DNA from: Chloroflexota bacterium
Lineage (GTDB): Bacteria > Chloroflexota > Limnocylindria > Limnocylindrales > CSP1-4
Length of the DNA: 64,000 nt
NCBI GenBank assembly: GCA_005883615.1
Contig: VBEC01000018.1
Span: 41,473 to 105,472 of the forward strand
Direction of reading: 5' to 3'
Under the pieces are notes generated by a model. That model saw only the letters and a program-made list of their open reading frames with translations, did not search any database and was not told where the DNA came from. Numbering within the stretch: the stretch's first letter is position 1; each line of letters opens with the position of its first letter. Positions 18,176-26,247 of the stretch are shown piece after piece. Both the position numbers and the translations under genes were made by a program.

Positions 18176-19465
18176 TCAAGCAGGCTCGAGGGCCCGCCAG
18201 ATCTCCATGGCCCAGGGCCAGTCCTCGGCTTCGTCGAATATGAGCCGCATCGCAGCGCCGCGACCCGTGACAGCGGAATACGCCTCGAGAACACCCACTG
18301 ACACTCCTGAGCTGCCGTCCACCCCCAGGCGGGCCTTGCCGATGAGCTCACCGGCACGGTGGGTGAGGGCGTCCGGCCCCAGGTGACTGGCGACCTGGAG
18401 GAGGAACCCCTCCGCGCTCATCGGGCCGTCCACGGTTCCCGTTTCCACGGCCGCCAGTGTTATTCCCCGGCCGCCCTCGCCGCCCCACCATTCCTCGTCG
18501 CTACGGCGCTCTGCGAAGGAACCGGGGATTTCGAGTGCCCAACCCTCGTGGATGACCGTGAGGGGCTGGCGCCGGTAGCCGATGAGAGGGCCATCGGCCG
18601 GTTCGGCGGCCGCGCGTTCCCCGATCTGTTCGGCGGCCGCGTCGAGGAAGCCGCGGTTGTCGATCATCTCCTTCCATTCGCGCCAGGGGTAGGGCAGGGA
18701 AGGATCGAGCGGAAAGGCTCGCCCGAGGAGCTGGAGCGCCTCGGTCAGAAGGGCACGCTCGCCCTCGATGGCGGGCGGCCGCCAGCGCACCTCGGACCAC
18801 ATCAGGCAGAGCGCGCGATTGAGCAGGTAGCGTGCATCGGTCACGTCGGCCCACCACGGCAGGATGTCCACCGCGGTGGCCGGATCGCCCAGGGCGTGTT
18901 CGAGCCAGGCGTCGTCGCGCGGCCCGAGCGCGGTCGCCAGAGGGCCATCGAACGTGAAACGCACGTGAGCGGGCGTCCCCACATGGAGCACCCTTCCCTG
19001 CCGGCGTGCGTCGCGCGCCATGGCCAGCGTCGCACCGAGCCATGCCAGATGCGCCTGCTCGACCATCGGGCGTTCGCCCGAAACCAGGTAGCCGCTCTCA
19101 TCGCGCGAGCCATCCTCGGCGTCCGCCGGCGCCCACTCGACGTCGAGATCGACCCCGAGCCGTTCCAGAAGGCGGCAGGCGAACGTGTGGTAGCCGGGTC
19201 CCGTTGGCCAGGTCGCTGCCGTCGCCGTGACGCGGCCCGTGTCCGCCGCGGTCAGCGACAGGTTCTCGGCCGCGGGGTGGAGCGACACCTGCAGCTCACT
19301 GACGCCGGAGGCCAGCTTGCGAATCGCGATGGTGCGAAGGGCATCCGGGTACTCGGCTCGAAGCCATGCTTCCGCGTCGACGAGCAGCCGTTCGCCGGTT
19401 GGCACTCGCGGGATGAGTCCGCGCTTCGAGGCCTGCCCGACGAGGAAGACGGTGGGACGCTCCAT
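18176..19465 (-). CDS. Hypothetical protein (~430 aa)
   Basis: AGGAGG RBS 6 nt before the ATG at 19465 (MERPTVFLVGQ). The product is non-repetitive and looks protein-like. No family recognised. Confidence 0.55.
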   Translation of the reverse strand: MERPTVFLVGQASKRGLIPRVPTGERLLVDAEAWLRAEYPDALRTIAIRKLASGVSELQVSLHPAAENLSLTAADTGRVTATAATWPTGPGYHTFACRLLERLGVDLDVEWAPADAEDGSRDESGYLVSGERPMVEQAHLAWLGATLAMARDARRQGRVLHVGTPAHVRFTFDGPLATALGPRDDAWLEHALGDPATAVDILPWWADVTDARYLLNRALCLMWSEVRWRPPAIEGERALLTEALQLLGRAFPLDPSLPYPWREWKEMIDNRGFLDAAAEQIGERAAAEPADGPLIGYRRQPLTVIHEGWALEIPGSFAERRSDEEWWGGEGGRGITLAAVETGTVDGPMSAEGFLLQVASHLGPDALTHRAGELIGKARLGVDGSSGVSVGVLEAYSAVTGRGAAMRLIFDEAEDWPWAMEIWRALEPA

Positions 19466-19593
19466 TGCACCTCCTGGTACCGCCTTCCGACCATACCGGG
19501 AGCAGGCGCTATTGATTAGCGGCCGTTTGGTACCGGGCCGGGCCGTCATGAGTCCCTTGCACCGCGTCTCGGGGCCCCCGACCAAAGGAACGC

Positions 19594-20466
19594 TCAGTTC
19601 AAGCGTTCGCGACTGCCGCCCTCCGGCCCGCCTTCCGTGCCGCCTCGCCGCAGGAAGCGCTCGATGTCGGCGATCAGGTCGTCGCCCGAGGGCAGCCGCG
19701 CCTCATCGACCATGGACTCGAGGCGCTCCACGTACGTCCGTGTCTTCTCGTCGACGGCGACCGCTGCGTCGAGCCGCGTTCGAAGCTCGCGCGCCTCCTC
19801 GCGCAGGTTCTCGAGCGGTACGTCCTGGCCGAGATGGCGGCCGACGGCCGTCAACAACTCGATCGCGGCTGCCGGGTATTCGCCACTGATGTAATGGGGC
19901 ACCTGGGCGAAGTAGCCGACCGCCGGGATGCCTGCCTCGGAGATCGCCATGTCCAGCACGGAGATGGCCGCCGAAGGCACTCGAAGCACGCCCTCAGGTC
20001 CGGGCTGCACGGCGCCCAGAAGCAGGCCCGGCTTGGAAGAAGTCCCCAGGATCGGCACCGGCCTCGTGTGCGGGACGGCGGCCGGAATGGCACCCAGGCT
20101 GATCCACTCCACGATCCCGAAGCGTTTCGCCAGCTCGACGGCATCGGCGGCCAGCTCCCGCCATCGAAAGTCGGGCTCCAGGCCGGACAGCACCAGGACG
20201 TCTCGCTGGCCGATCTTCGATCGACGGAGCGTCACCTCAGGCCAGGCGAGTTCCTTTGGTCGCCCGTCGACGATGTCGAGGGTCGGGCGCCGGGAGCGGT
20301 AGTCGAACAGTGCGTCGCCGTCGAACGTGGCGAGGACGGTTCCGCCCTCAGCGAGTTCGCTTGCGGCCGTTGTCGACGCCGAGCCGGCATCGACCCAGCT
20401 GTCGAACGCCGCGACCAGCGTGGGCGCACTGATCTCGGGAGCAGGCTGGAGGCGATAGAGCGCCAT
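19594..20466 (-). CDS. PAC2-family protein (proteasome-assembly-chaperone-2-like)
   Basis: 290 aa, matches the actinobacterial PAC2/Rv2125-like pattern (ATFDGDALFDYRSRRP...VLVLSGLEPD...). Confidence 0.75.
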   Translation of the reverse strand: MALYRLQPAPEISAPTLVAAFDSWVDAGSASTTAASELAEGGTVLATFDGDALFDYRSRRPTLDIVDGRPKELAWPEVTLRRSKIGQRDVLVLSGLEPDFRWRELAADAVELAKRFGIVEWISLGAIPAAVPHTRPVPILGTSSKPGLLLGAVQPGPEGVLRVPSAAISVLDMAISEAGIPAVGYFAQVPHYISGEYPAAAIELLTAVGRHLGQDVPLENLREEARELRTRLDAAVAVDEKTRTYVERLESMVDEARLPSGDDLIADIERFLRRGGTEGGPEGGSRERLN

Positions 20467-20532
20467 GGGCCAAGGATAGGGGAAGGCCCGGACTCGCCCC
20501 CGAGGCGACCCAGAGATTGAGCGAACCTGCCA

Positions 20533-20970
20533 TCACTGCACGCAGAATTCGTTGCCCTCGGGATCGTTCATCCGCACCCAATAATCGCCGCGCTCCTCCA
20601 TTGGCCCACGATGGTCGCTTGCGCCGAGCGCCTTCAATCTCGTGACTTCGGCGTCAACAAGCGCCTTTCGCTGGTCAACCGGGACGCTGCGCCCGCCCGA
20701 GACATTGAGATCGAGGTGCATCCGGTTCTTGGCGACCTTCCCTTCGGGCACCTTCTGGAAGAACAAGCGGGGTCCGACGCCGTCCGGATCCTCCGCAGCT
20801 CGGGCGTCGTTCCACCGTTCCTCGGGGATGCCTTCGGCGCGCGCCCAATCGTCCCAGTTGGCGAACCCATCAGGCGGGTCGGGCACGCGGTAGTGCAGGG
20901 TCTCGACCCAGAAGTCCGCCTGGGCGGCCGGATCCGCGCAGTCGAAGACGACCTGGACCTTCGTTGCCAT
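20533..20970 (-). CDS. VOC/glyoxalase-like domain protein
   Basis: MATKVQVVFDCADPAAQADFWVETLHY... with C-terminal ...MNDPEGNEFCV, typical of the VOC family. The start overlaps the upstream gene's stop (ATGA at 21075-21078). Confidence 0.7.
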   Translation of the reverse strand: MATKVQVVFDCADPAAQADFWVETLHYRVPDPPDGFANWDDWARAEGIPEERWNDARAAEDPDGVGPRLFFQKVPEGKVAKNRMHLDLNVSGGRSVPVDQRKALVDAEVTRLKALGASDHRGPMEERGDYWVRMNDPEGNEFCVQ

Positions 20971-21074
20971 CACTGCCTCCGTCGCGGTTCGGTTGCCTGC
21001 AGTGTGCACCGAGATCCCGACAGGTCCGGTCAGCATTCCGGCGTCGTCGGTCTCTGGCGCCAGTCGATTCGCCG

Positions 21075-21407
21075 TCAATCGCCCGCCTGGATGACGGTGT
21101 CCCCGCCGAATGCCTCTGCCCCGCCGACCTGGTACTGGTCGGCCATCCTGTTCCAGGCCTGGAAGCCCGGGTGGTTGTCGTGCTCGTGGTGGCCTTCCTC
21201 GGTCGCGAACACGGCAACGACGAGATATTGCGTGGCCCCCTTAACGCTGCGCGTGGAGATGTCCAGTCGCGACAGCGAGGCACGCACGAGCACCTCCCGC
21301 GAGATCAGGTCTTGCCAAACGGGCAGCTCGTACTGGCGGAACCCGCCTTCGAACTCGTCGACCCGATCCTCGCCAACGCTCAGGACGACCGTTACCGTCT
21401 GCTGCAT
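21075..21407 (-). CDS. Small hypothetical protein (alpha+beta barrel-like), middle gene of a three-gene operon
   Basis: MQQTVTVVLSVGEDRVDEFEGGFRQYELPVWQDL... (110 aa), flanked closely by the cupin and VOC genes. Confidence 0.5.
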   Translation of the reverse strand: MQQTVTVVLSVGEDRVDEFEGGFRQYELPVWQDLISREVLVRASLSRLDISTRSVKGATQYLVVAVFATEEGHHEHDNHPGFQAWNRMADQYQVGGAEAFGGDTVIQAGD

Positions 21408-21423
21408 CGCGCCGCCCTTTCGC

Positions 21424-21801
21424 TCAGGAGCCGGTCGGCCAAGCCGGTGCGCGCGGCTCGAGCCGCGGCTTCGAATCCCAGTCGTCGCGGACCGGCGCGA
21501 AGACGTCGATGACGACCGCACCCGTTGGGCCGGCGTGAACCTCGTGCGGCTTCATCGACAGGATCCGCCAGGTCCCGCCGGGGCCCAGATGTCGCGTCTC
21601 GCCATCGAGCGTGAACGTCACGTCGCCGCTGATGACCATGCCCAATTGCTCATTGGGGTGGCGATGTTCGGGCACGATCGCGTCAGGCGCGAGCTCGACG
21701 ATGGCCAACGTCAGGTTGTCCCCCTGGACGCGCCGGGCGCGAACCGCTTCGCCGAACAGGTCGATCGGCGGGATGCTCTCGAGGTCGACCAGATTCGTCA
21801 C
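21424..21801 (-). CDS. Cupin-domain protein
   Basis: AGGAGG RBS, then GTG at 21801. Cupin motifs are present (PEHRHPNEQLGMVISG...GETRHLGPGGTWRI). Confidence 0.7.
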   Translation of the reverse strand: MTNLVDLESIPPIDLFGEAVRARRVQGDNLTLAIVELAPDAIVPEHRHPNEQLGMVISGDVTFTLDGETRHLGPGGTWRILSMKPHEVHAGPTGAVVIDVFAPVRDDWDSKPRLEPRAPAWPTGS

Positions 21802-22087
21802 GGTTCCTCCTCCTGCGTTGCTCCTTTGTTGTGCGGTCGCGGCCACGAGCGGCCTGAGGACCTCGATATCGCCCTGACTGGTACGTGCGCCACGAGCCCC
21901 ATCATCAGGCACGCGGAACGAGACGCTTCTCAAATCGGTACCAGTCAGGACGTTCGGATTGGGCGAGAACGATAAGGTCTTGCCCCCGACGCCCCGTCCG
22001 AGCGTTACCTGCGAGCTTCACGCTGACGGTATCAGTCAGGACGATACGGAACGGAGCAGGGTCTGGGATCCCCGACTCCGCTTGCGG

Positions 22088-22107
22088 ATAGTTGATGACG
22101 CAACTAT
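22088..22107. promoter_or_regulatory. Operator-like palindrome ATAGTTGatgacgCAACTAT abutting a TTGACA -35-like hexamer (22110-22115) 30 nt upstream of the pirin start
   Basis: Perfect 7-bp inverted repeat with a 6-nt spacer, then TTGACA. Confidence 0.4.
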
Positions 22108-22145
22108 TCTTGACAGGCGAACGCTCCCTCTAGAAGCAGGACCCC

Positions 22146-23114
22146 ATGCCCGCAGTCAGCGCCTCCGACCTCCTTGTCCTCCCGCGCATCGAGCGCCCAG
22201 ACCCGGGTACGACAACGTACCGGCCGGTAAGCCAGGTCATTACCTCGCCGTCGTTCCTCGAGGGTGCCGGGTTCCCGGTGCGGCGACCATTCCCGGGGCC
22301 GTACGGCAACATCGCCGACCCCTTCCTGCTCCTCGACCACATCGGTGCGATCGAATACGCGCCCGGTGAGGCCAGGGGCGCGCCGTGGCATCCGCACCGC
22401 GGCTTCGAGACGGTGACCTACATCATGGATGGCGCATTCCGGCACACAGACTCGAATGGTGGTGGTGGCCTGATCACCGATGGCGCCACGCAGTGGATGA
22501 CCGCGGGCGCCGGGATCCTGCACGACGAGATGCCGACCGACGAGCTCGTCCAGAAGGGCGGCCTGTTCCACGGCACCCAGCTCTGGGTCAACCTGCCCGC
22601 CCGACTGAAGTTCACTCCACCGCGCTATCAGGACATCACCGCTGACCGCGTCGCGCTGCTCAGCTCGCACGATGGGGGAGTCCTGATCCGGGTGATCGCC
22701 GGCGACCTGGATGGCCACAAAGGCCCCGGCGTGACTCACACGCCCATCGCCTATGCCCACGCCACGCTGGCACCGGGCGCAGCGCTGGAGATCCCCTGGC
22801 GGCCCGACTACAACGCTCTCGTCTACGTCCTCGCGGGTCGGGGAACCGCCGGGCTCGACCGGGAACCGATCGACGACGGCCAGCTCGCCGTTCTTGGCGC
22901 GGGCGACGCGCTGACCCTGACGGCCGACGATCTGCAGGACTCACGCTCACCCAACCTCGACGTGCTCATGCTCGGCGGCCAGCCGATCAACGAGCCAGTC
23001 GTGAGCTACGGCCCCTTCGTGATGAATACACGCGACGAGATCCTGACCGCGATCCGCGACTACCAGGCAGGGCGCATGGGCATCATTCCGGCGGTGCATC
23101 TCCCGCACCTCTAG
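22146..23114 (+). CDS. Pirin-family protein (bicupin; quercetin-2,3-dioxygenase-like)
   Basis: PFLLLDHIGAIEYAPGEARGAPWHPHRGFETVTYIMDGAFRHTDSNG... is the pirin signature. 322 aa. Confidence 0.85.
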   Translation: MPAVSASDLLVLPRIERPDPGTTTYRPVSQVITSPSFLEGAGFPVRRPFPGPYGNIADPFLLLDHIGAIEYAPGEARGAPWHPHRGFETVTYIMDGAFRHTDSNGGGGLITDGATQWMTAGAGILHDEMPTDELVQKGGLFHGTQLWVNLPARLKFTPPRYQDITADRVALLSSHDGGVLIRVIAGDLDGHKGPGVTHTPIAYAHATLAPGAALEIPWRPDYNALVYVLAGRGTAGLDREPIDDGQLAVLGAGDALTLTADDLQDSRSPNLDVLMLGGQPINEPVVSYGPFVMNTRDEILTAIRDYQAGRMGIIPAVHLPHL

Positions 23115-23128
23115 CCGCCAAGCCGTTG

Positions 23129-23596
23129 TCAGGCCCCGCCGGCAGCCTTGCGCGGCTCCACGTAGGGCTTCCGCCATTCAGGGGCTTGGAAGACCGGAGC
23201 GAAGAACATCGTCGCTCGGGCGATCCTGTCGCCGCGCATCTCCACGAGATTGATGATCCACCAGATCGAGCCGTCGGGATACCGATTCCGGAAGGTCGCC
23301 GTGCCGATATTGCCGGTGCCTTCTGCGTGGATGAGCGTGAACGCCGGCGGCCGCACCCAGCGAGCGTCGGTTGCCCCGATGCGTGTGGTTGCAGCCTCCA
23401 CCGCCTGTTCGGTGACGCCACCGCCGGGATAGTTCTCGCGTATCGCCCGCGCGTTCCTCGCTCCGTGGACCACTTCGCCGGACTGCGGATATTCCTCGAC
23501 GTAATCGTCGGTGAAGAGCTGCTCGAGCGCGTCGTAGTCGCGCCTCTTCATCGTGTCCGCGATCTTCGCGAAGATCCCTTCGAAATCGGTCGGCAC
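23129..23596 (-). CDS. NTF2-like/SnoaL-like (ketosteroid-isomerase fold) protein
   Basis: 155 aa, GTG start. The upstream paralog's stop lies 1 nt before this start. Confidence 0.6.
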   Translation of the reverse strand: MPTDFEGIFAKIADTMKRRDYDALEQLFTDDYVEEYPQSGEVVHGARNARAIRENYPGGGVTEQAVEAATTRIGATDARWVRPPAFTLIHAEGTGNIGTATFRNRYPDGSIWWIINLVEMRGDRIARATMFFAPVFQAPEWRKPYVEPRKAAGGA

Positions 23597-23597
23597 G

Positions 23598-24065
23598 TCA
23601 GCTCCGCTCCACCGTTGCCGCGCGCAGTTCGACGTAGGGCCTGCGCCATTCCGGAGCTTCGAAGACGGGCGCGAAGAAGGTCGTCGCCTTTGCGATTCGC
23701 TCGCCGCGAAGCTCGTAGAGGATGACGATCCACCACTCGGAGCGGTCGGGATAGCGGGTTTTGAACGTCACGGTCCCGACGTTGCCGGTGCCCTCGACTT
23801 GCATGACCGTGAACATTCGGGTGATGACCCAGCGCGCTTCGGTCGCAGCCAGTCGGGCTTCCGTGAAGTCGATGCTTCCTTCCTCCAGGCCTCCGGGGTA
23901 GTTCTCCCGACTCGCCCGCGCGTTCCTGGATCCTCGGATGACCTCGCCGGACTGCGGGTACTCCTCGACATAGTCCTCGGTGAACAGCTCCTCGAGCTCG
24001 CTCCAGGCATGCCGGTTCATGGCGTCAGCCAGCCGTTCGAAGATTGCCCAATGATCGAGCGGCAT
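23598..24065 (-). CDS. NTF2-like/SnoaL-like protein, tandem paralog of the previous gene
   Basis: MPLDHWAIFERLADAMNRHAWSELEELFTEDYVEEYPQSGEV... is ~60% identical to the downstream paralog by eye. Confidence 0.6.
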   Translation of the reverse strand: MPLDHWAIFERLADAMNRHAWSELEELFTEDYVEEYPQSGEVIRGSRNARASRENYPGGLEEGSIDFTEARLAATEARWVITRMFTVMQVEGTGNVGTVTFKTRYPDRSEWWIVILYELRGERIAKATTFFAPVFEAPEWRRPYVELRAATVERS

Positions 24066-24078
24066 CCCAGTGCTCGGT

Positions 24079-24585
24079 CTACCGAGGCGCCGACATGCCG
24101 GGTTCCTCGACGCTGCCGGCACCAGCCGTCGCTTCCTCGTCGTTCGCTTCGAGGCCCTTGATCTCGTCAGGCGAGAACGCCCGCCGGCGGACGATGTCCA
24201 GCGCCTCTCGATGGGCATCCAGGATGGCGCCGAGCGCCTGCCTGCGGATCGCAGGCGGCAGTCCCTCGTCGGAGGCGACCTGCTGGTAGCCGGCGTGGGA
24301 CATATACGCCGCGACGATCGTGCGCAACTCCCCCGGCGGCAGCAACATCGCCAGCTCCGGCAGAAGCCGCTCGAAGGACGACCGATTCAGCAGGGTGAAC
24401 GAACCGAAGTCGCGGGCGACCTCGACGCCGAGCCGGTTGACGTCGAGCTCGAAGTACACCGCACGCGCCGCATTCCTGGCCTGGCGGACGAACTGACGAC
24501 GCTGGATGTACAGACCGACCAGCAGCCAGCCCACGACCCCCACGAACGCCCCGATGATCCCCGGGATCAGCTTCTCGAAGTCCAT
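24079..24585 (-). CDS. Hypothetical N-terminally anchored membrane protein
   Basis: MDFEKLIPGIIGAFVGVVGWLLVGLYIQRRQ, then a ~140-aa soluble domain. Confidence 0.45.
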   Translation of the reverse strand: MDFEKLIPGIIGAFVGVVGWLLVGLYIQRRQFVRQARNAARAVYFELDVNRLGVEVARDFGSFTLLNRSSFERLLPELAMLLPPGELRTIVAAYMSHAGYQQVASDEGLPPAIRRQALGAILDAHREALDIVRRRAFSPDEIKGLEANDEEATAGAGSVEEPGMSAPR

Positions 24586-24847
24586 CGCCCCGAGTCTGAC
24601 GGCTGGCGCCCGGACCGCGCAAGACCACCCGGTTCGTCTCAAATACGAACGCGGGTAGTGCTATCGGCGACTGCCGCCGAATCGACGGTCCGAGGCAGGC
24701 CCCAATCGCGAAAACATAGCCGGAATCGGCTACCAAACGTCGCTTGAGCCGTAGCCCCAGGCGACGGTCCGCAGTTAGCACCACGGGGGTTGGTAGATGA
24801 GACGACTCGGCCGCCGGGCTGCGGCCGCCGGCCGCATCGAAGGCCGG

Positions 24848-25480
24848 TCAGGCGCTGGTCAGCGGGACTGCGACGATGTGTTCGGCGAGGAACCAGACCT
24901 GCAGCTCATTGCGGCGCAGCACGTCGCTCATGAGCAGGTCGTTCGAGCCCCAATCGGCACTCTTTTCGGTGCGCTCGATGGCGTCGCGCACCTTCTCGAT
25001 GATCGTCTCGTGCGCGTCGAGCGTCCGATGGATCATCACCGCGACCTCCTCGGCCCCGTCCGGCGGCCGCTCGATCGTGGTGATTTCGGCAGCGTGGCGC
25101 GGGTCGCCGACTGCGATGCCGCCCAGGGTCTGGACCCGCTCGGCTAGGAGGTCGATCAGCTCGAGCTGCTCCTCGGCATGCTTGTCGAACAGCAGGTGCA
25201 GCTGGTAGAAGGTCGGGCCGGCGACCAGCCAGTGGTGCTTCTTGTAGAGCGCGTACAGGATCGTGGTGTCGGCCAGGATCTCGTTGAGCAGCTGGCTGCT
25301 TTCCTGTCGCGTCTCAGCCGCGAGCGCGATCGGCAGCAGGCGCAGCGTTCCGAACTTCTGCAGCTCTGGGCCGGTTACGCCCAATCGAGGGTTGGGCGAC
25401 CGCCGACGGGCCCCGCGGCCGTTCCCGGCGTTGGCGGAACCGTTGCGCGTGGCGACGCTGGAGCGGCGATTGGTGGGCAT
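24848..25480 (-). CDS. dps: Dps (DNA-protection-during-starvation ferritin-like protein) with a basic N-terminal tail
   Basis: LLNEILADTTILYALYKKHHWLVAGPTFYQLHLLFDKHAEEQLELIDLLAERVQ is the canonical Dps ferroxidase-site pattern. An Arg-rich N-terminal extension precedes it. Confidence 0.85.
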   Translation of the reverse strand: MPTNRRSSVATRNGSANAGNGRGARRRSPNPRLGVTGPELQKFGTLRLLPIALAAETRQESSQLLNEILADTTILYALYKKHHWLVAGPTFYQLHLLFDKHAEEQLELIDLLAERVQTLGGIAVGDPRHAAEITTIERPPDGAEEVAVMIHRTLDAHETIIEKVRDAIERTEKSADWGSNDLLMSDVLRRNELQVWFLAEHIVAVPLTSA

Positions 25481-25631
25481 GGCAAGTCCTCCTCGGTGAT
25501 ATCCAGCGCATGGTCATCGCAACGTGACCGAATCGGCTGCCACCGTCCCGTCCGCGGTCTTGCAGCGGCCGTTCAATCATCCGAGCCGCCGCCAATCGAA
25601 GCCCAGGGTCGATGGGACCTGCGGGAGTTCT

Positions 25632-26111
25632 CTACGCGATCTCGACCTGGGCTTCCTGCTGCCTGCGGTCGTGGCTTTCCCGCCGCATCAGCACGCGCAG
25701 GAGCGCGTCCAGGTCCGCGGCATCTGGCAGGCCGTCGCGTCGGTAGATGAGCGACATCCGATCGCCCGGCCGGTCACCGACCGTCGCGTAGAAGACACCG
25801 CCACGCTTCGACGGACCGAGCCTGTAGTCGCGAACCTTCGCAAACGGCACGGACCGAAGGCCAACGCTCCCCCCATCGATGCGGGGCCTGAACTGGACGA
25901 GGATGAGCCGCGAACCGGTGACCACGACGGCCCCGCGAATACCGGTCAGGGCGAGCAGCACCTCCTCGCCCGAATCGAGCAGCGCGAGCACGCCCTGGGC
26001 GCCGGCGTCTGTGACTCGCCGGAGGGGGCTTAGTCGATCGCAATTACGATCCACGGCGCGCAGCATCAGTTCCGGCGAGGCGCTGTCAATCAGGCATTGG
26101 TCCCAAATCAC
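25632..26111 (-). CDS. Hypothetical protein, bacterial PH-domain-like
   Basis: 159 aa. The central portion (EEVLLALTGIRGAVVVTGSRLILVQ...VPFAKVRDYRL) resembles bPH folds. Divergent from the STAND gene. Confidence 0.4.
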   Translation of the reverse strand: MIWDQCLIDSASPELMLRAVDRNCDRLSPLRRVTDAGAQGVLALLDSGEEVLLALTGIRGAVVVTGSRLILVQFRPRIDGGSVGLRSVPFAKVRDYRLGPSKRGGVFYATVGDRPGDRMSLIYRRDGLPDAADLDALLRVLMRRESHDRRQQEAQVEIA

Positions 26112-26247
26112 CGGGTTTCAAGACATCTGCAACGTAACGCCGACGATTGGCCGCGGAAACGTGATTTCTCGAGGGGGATCGCTCGCCCGCCGGCTTTCCG
26201 CTACGCTCACTGCACGTCACTCCAACGGCCGGACGACTAGGAGCGGA

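Noticed and set aside
25879-26247. N-terminal 123 codons of the 1311-aa track ORF for the STAND-cyclase
   Set aside because: This stretch overlaps the divergent PH-like gene. It has no RBS and low-complexity composition. An AGGAGCGG RBS and the conserved Zn-ribbon start at 26248.
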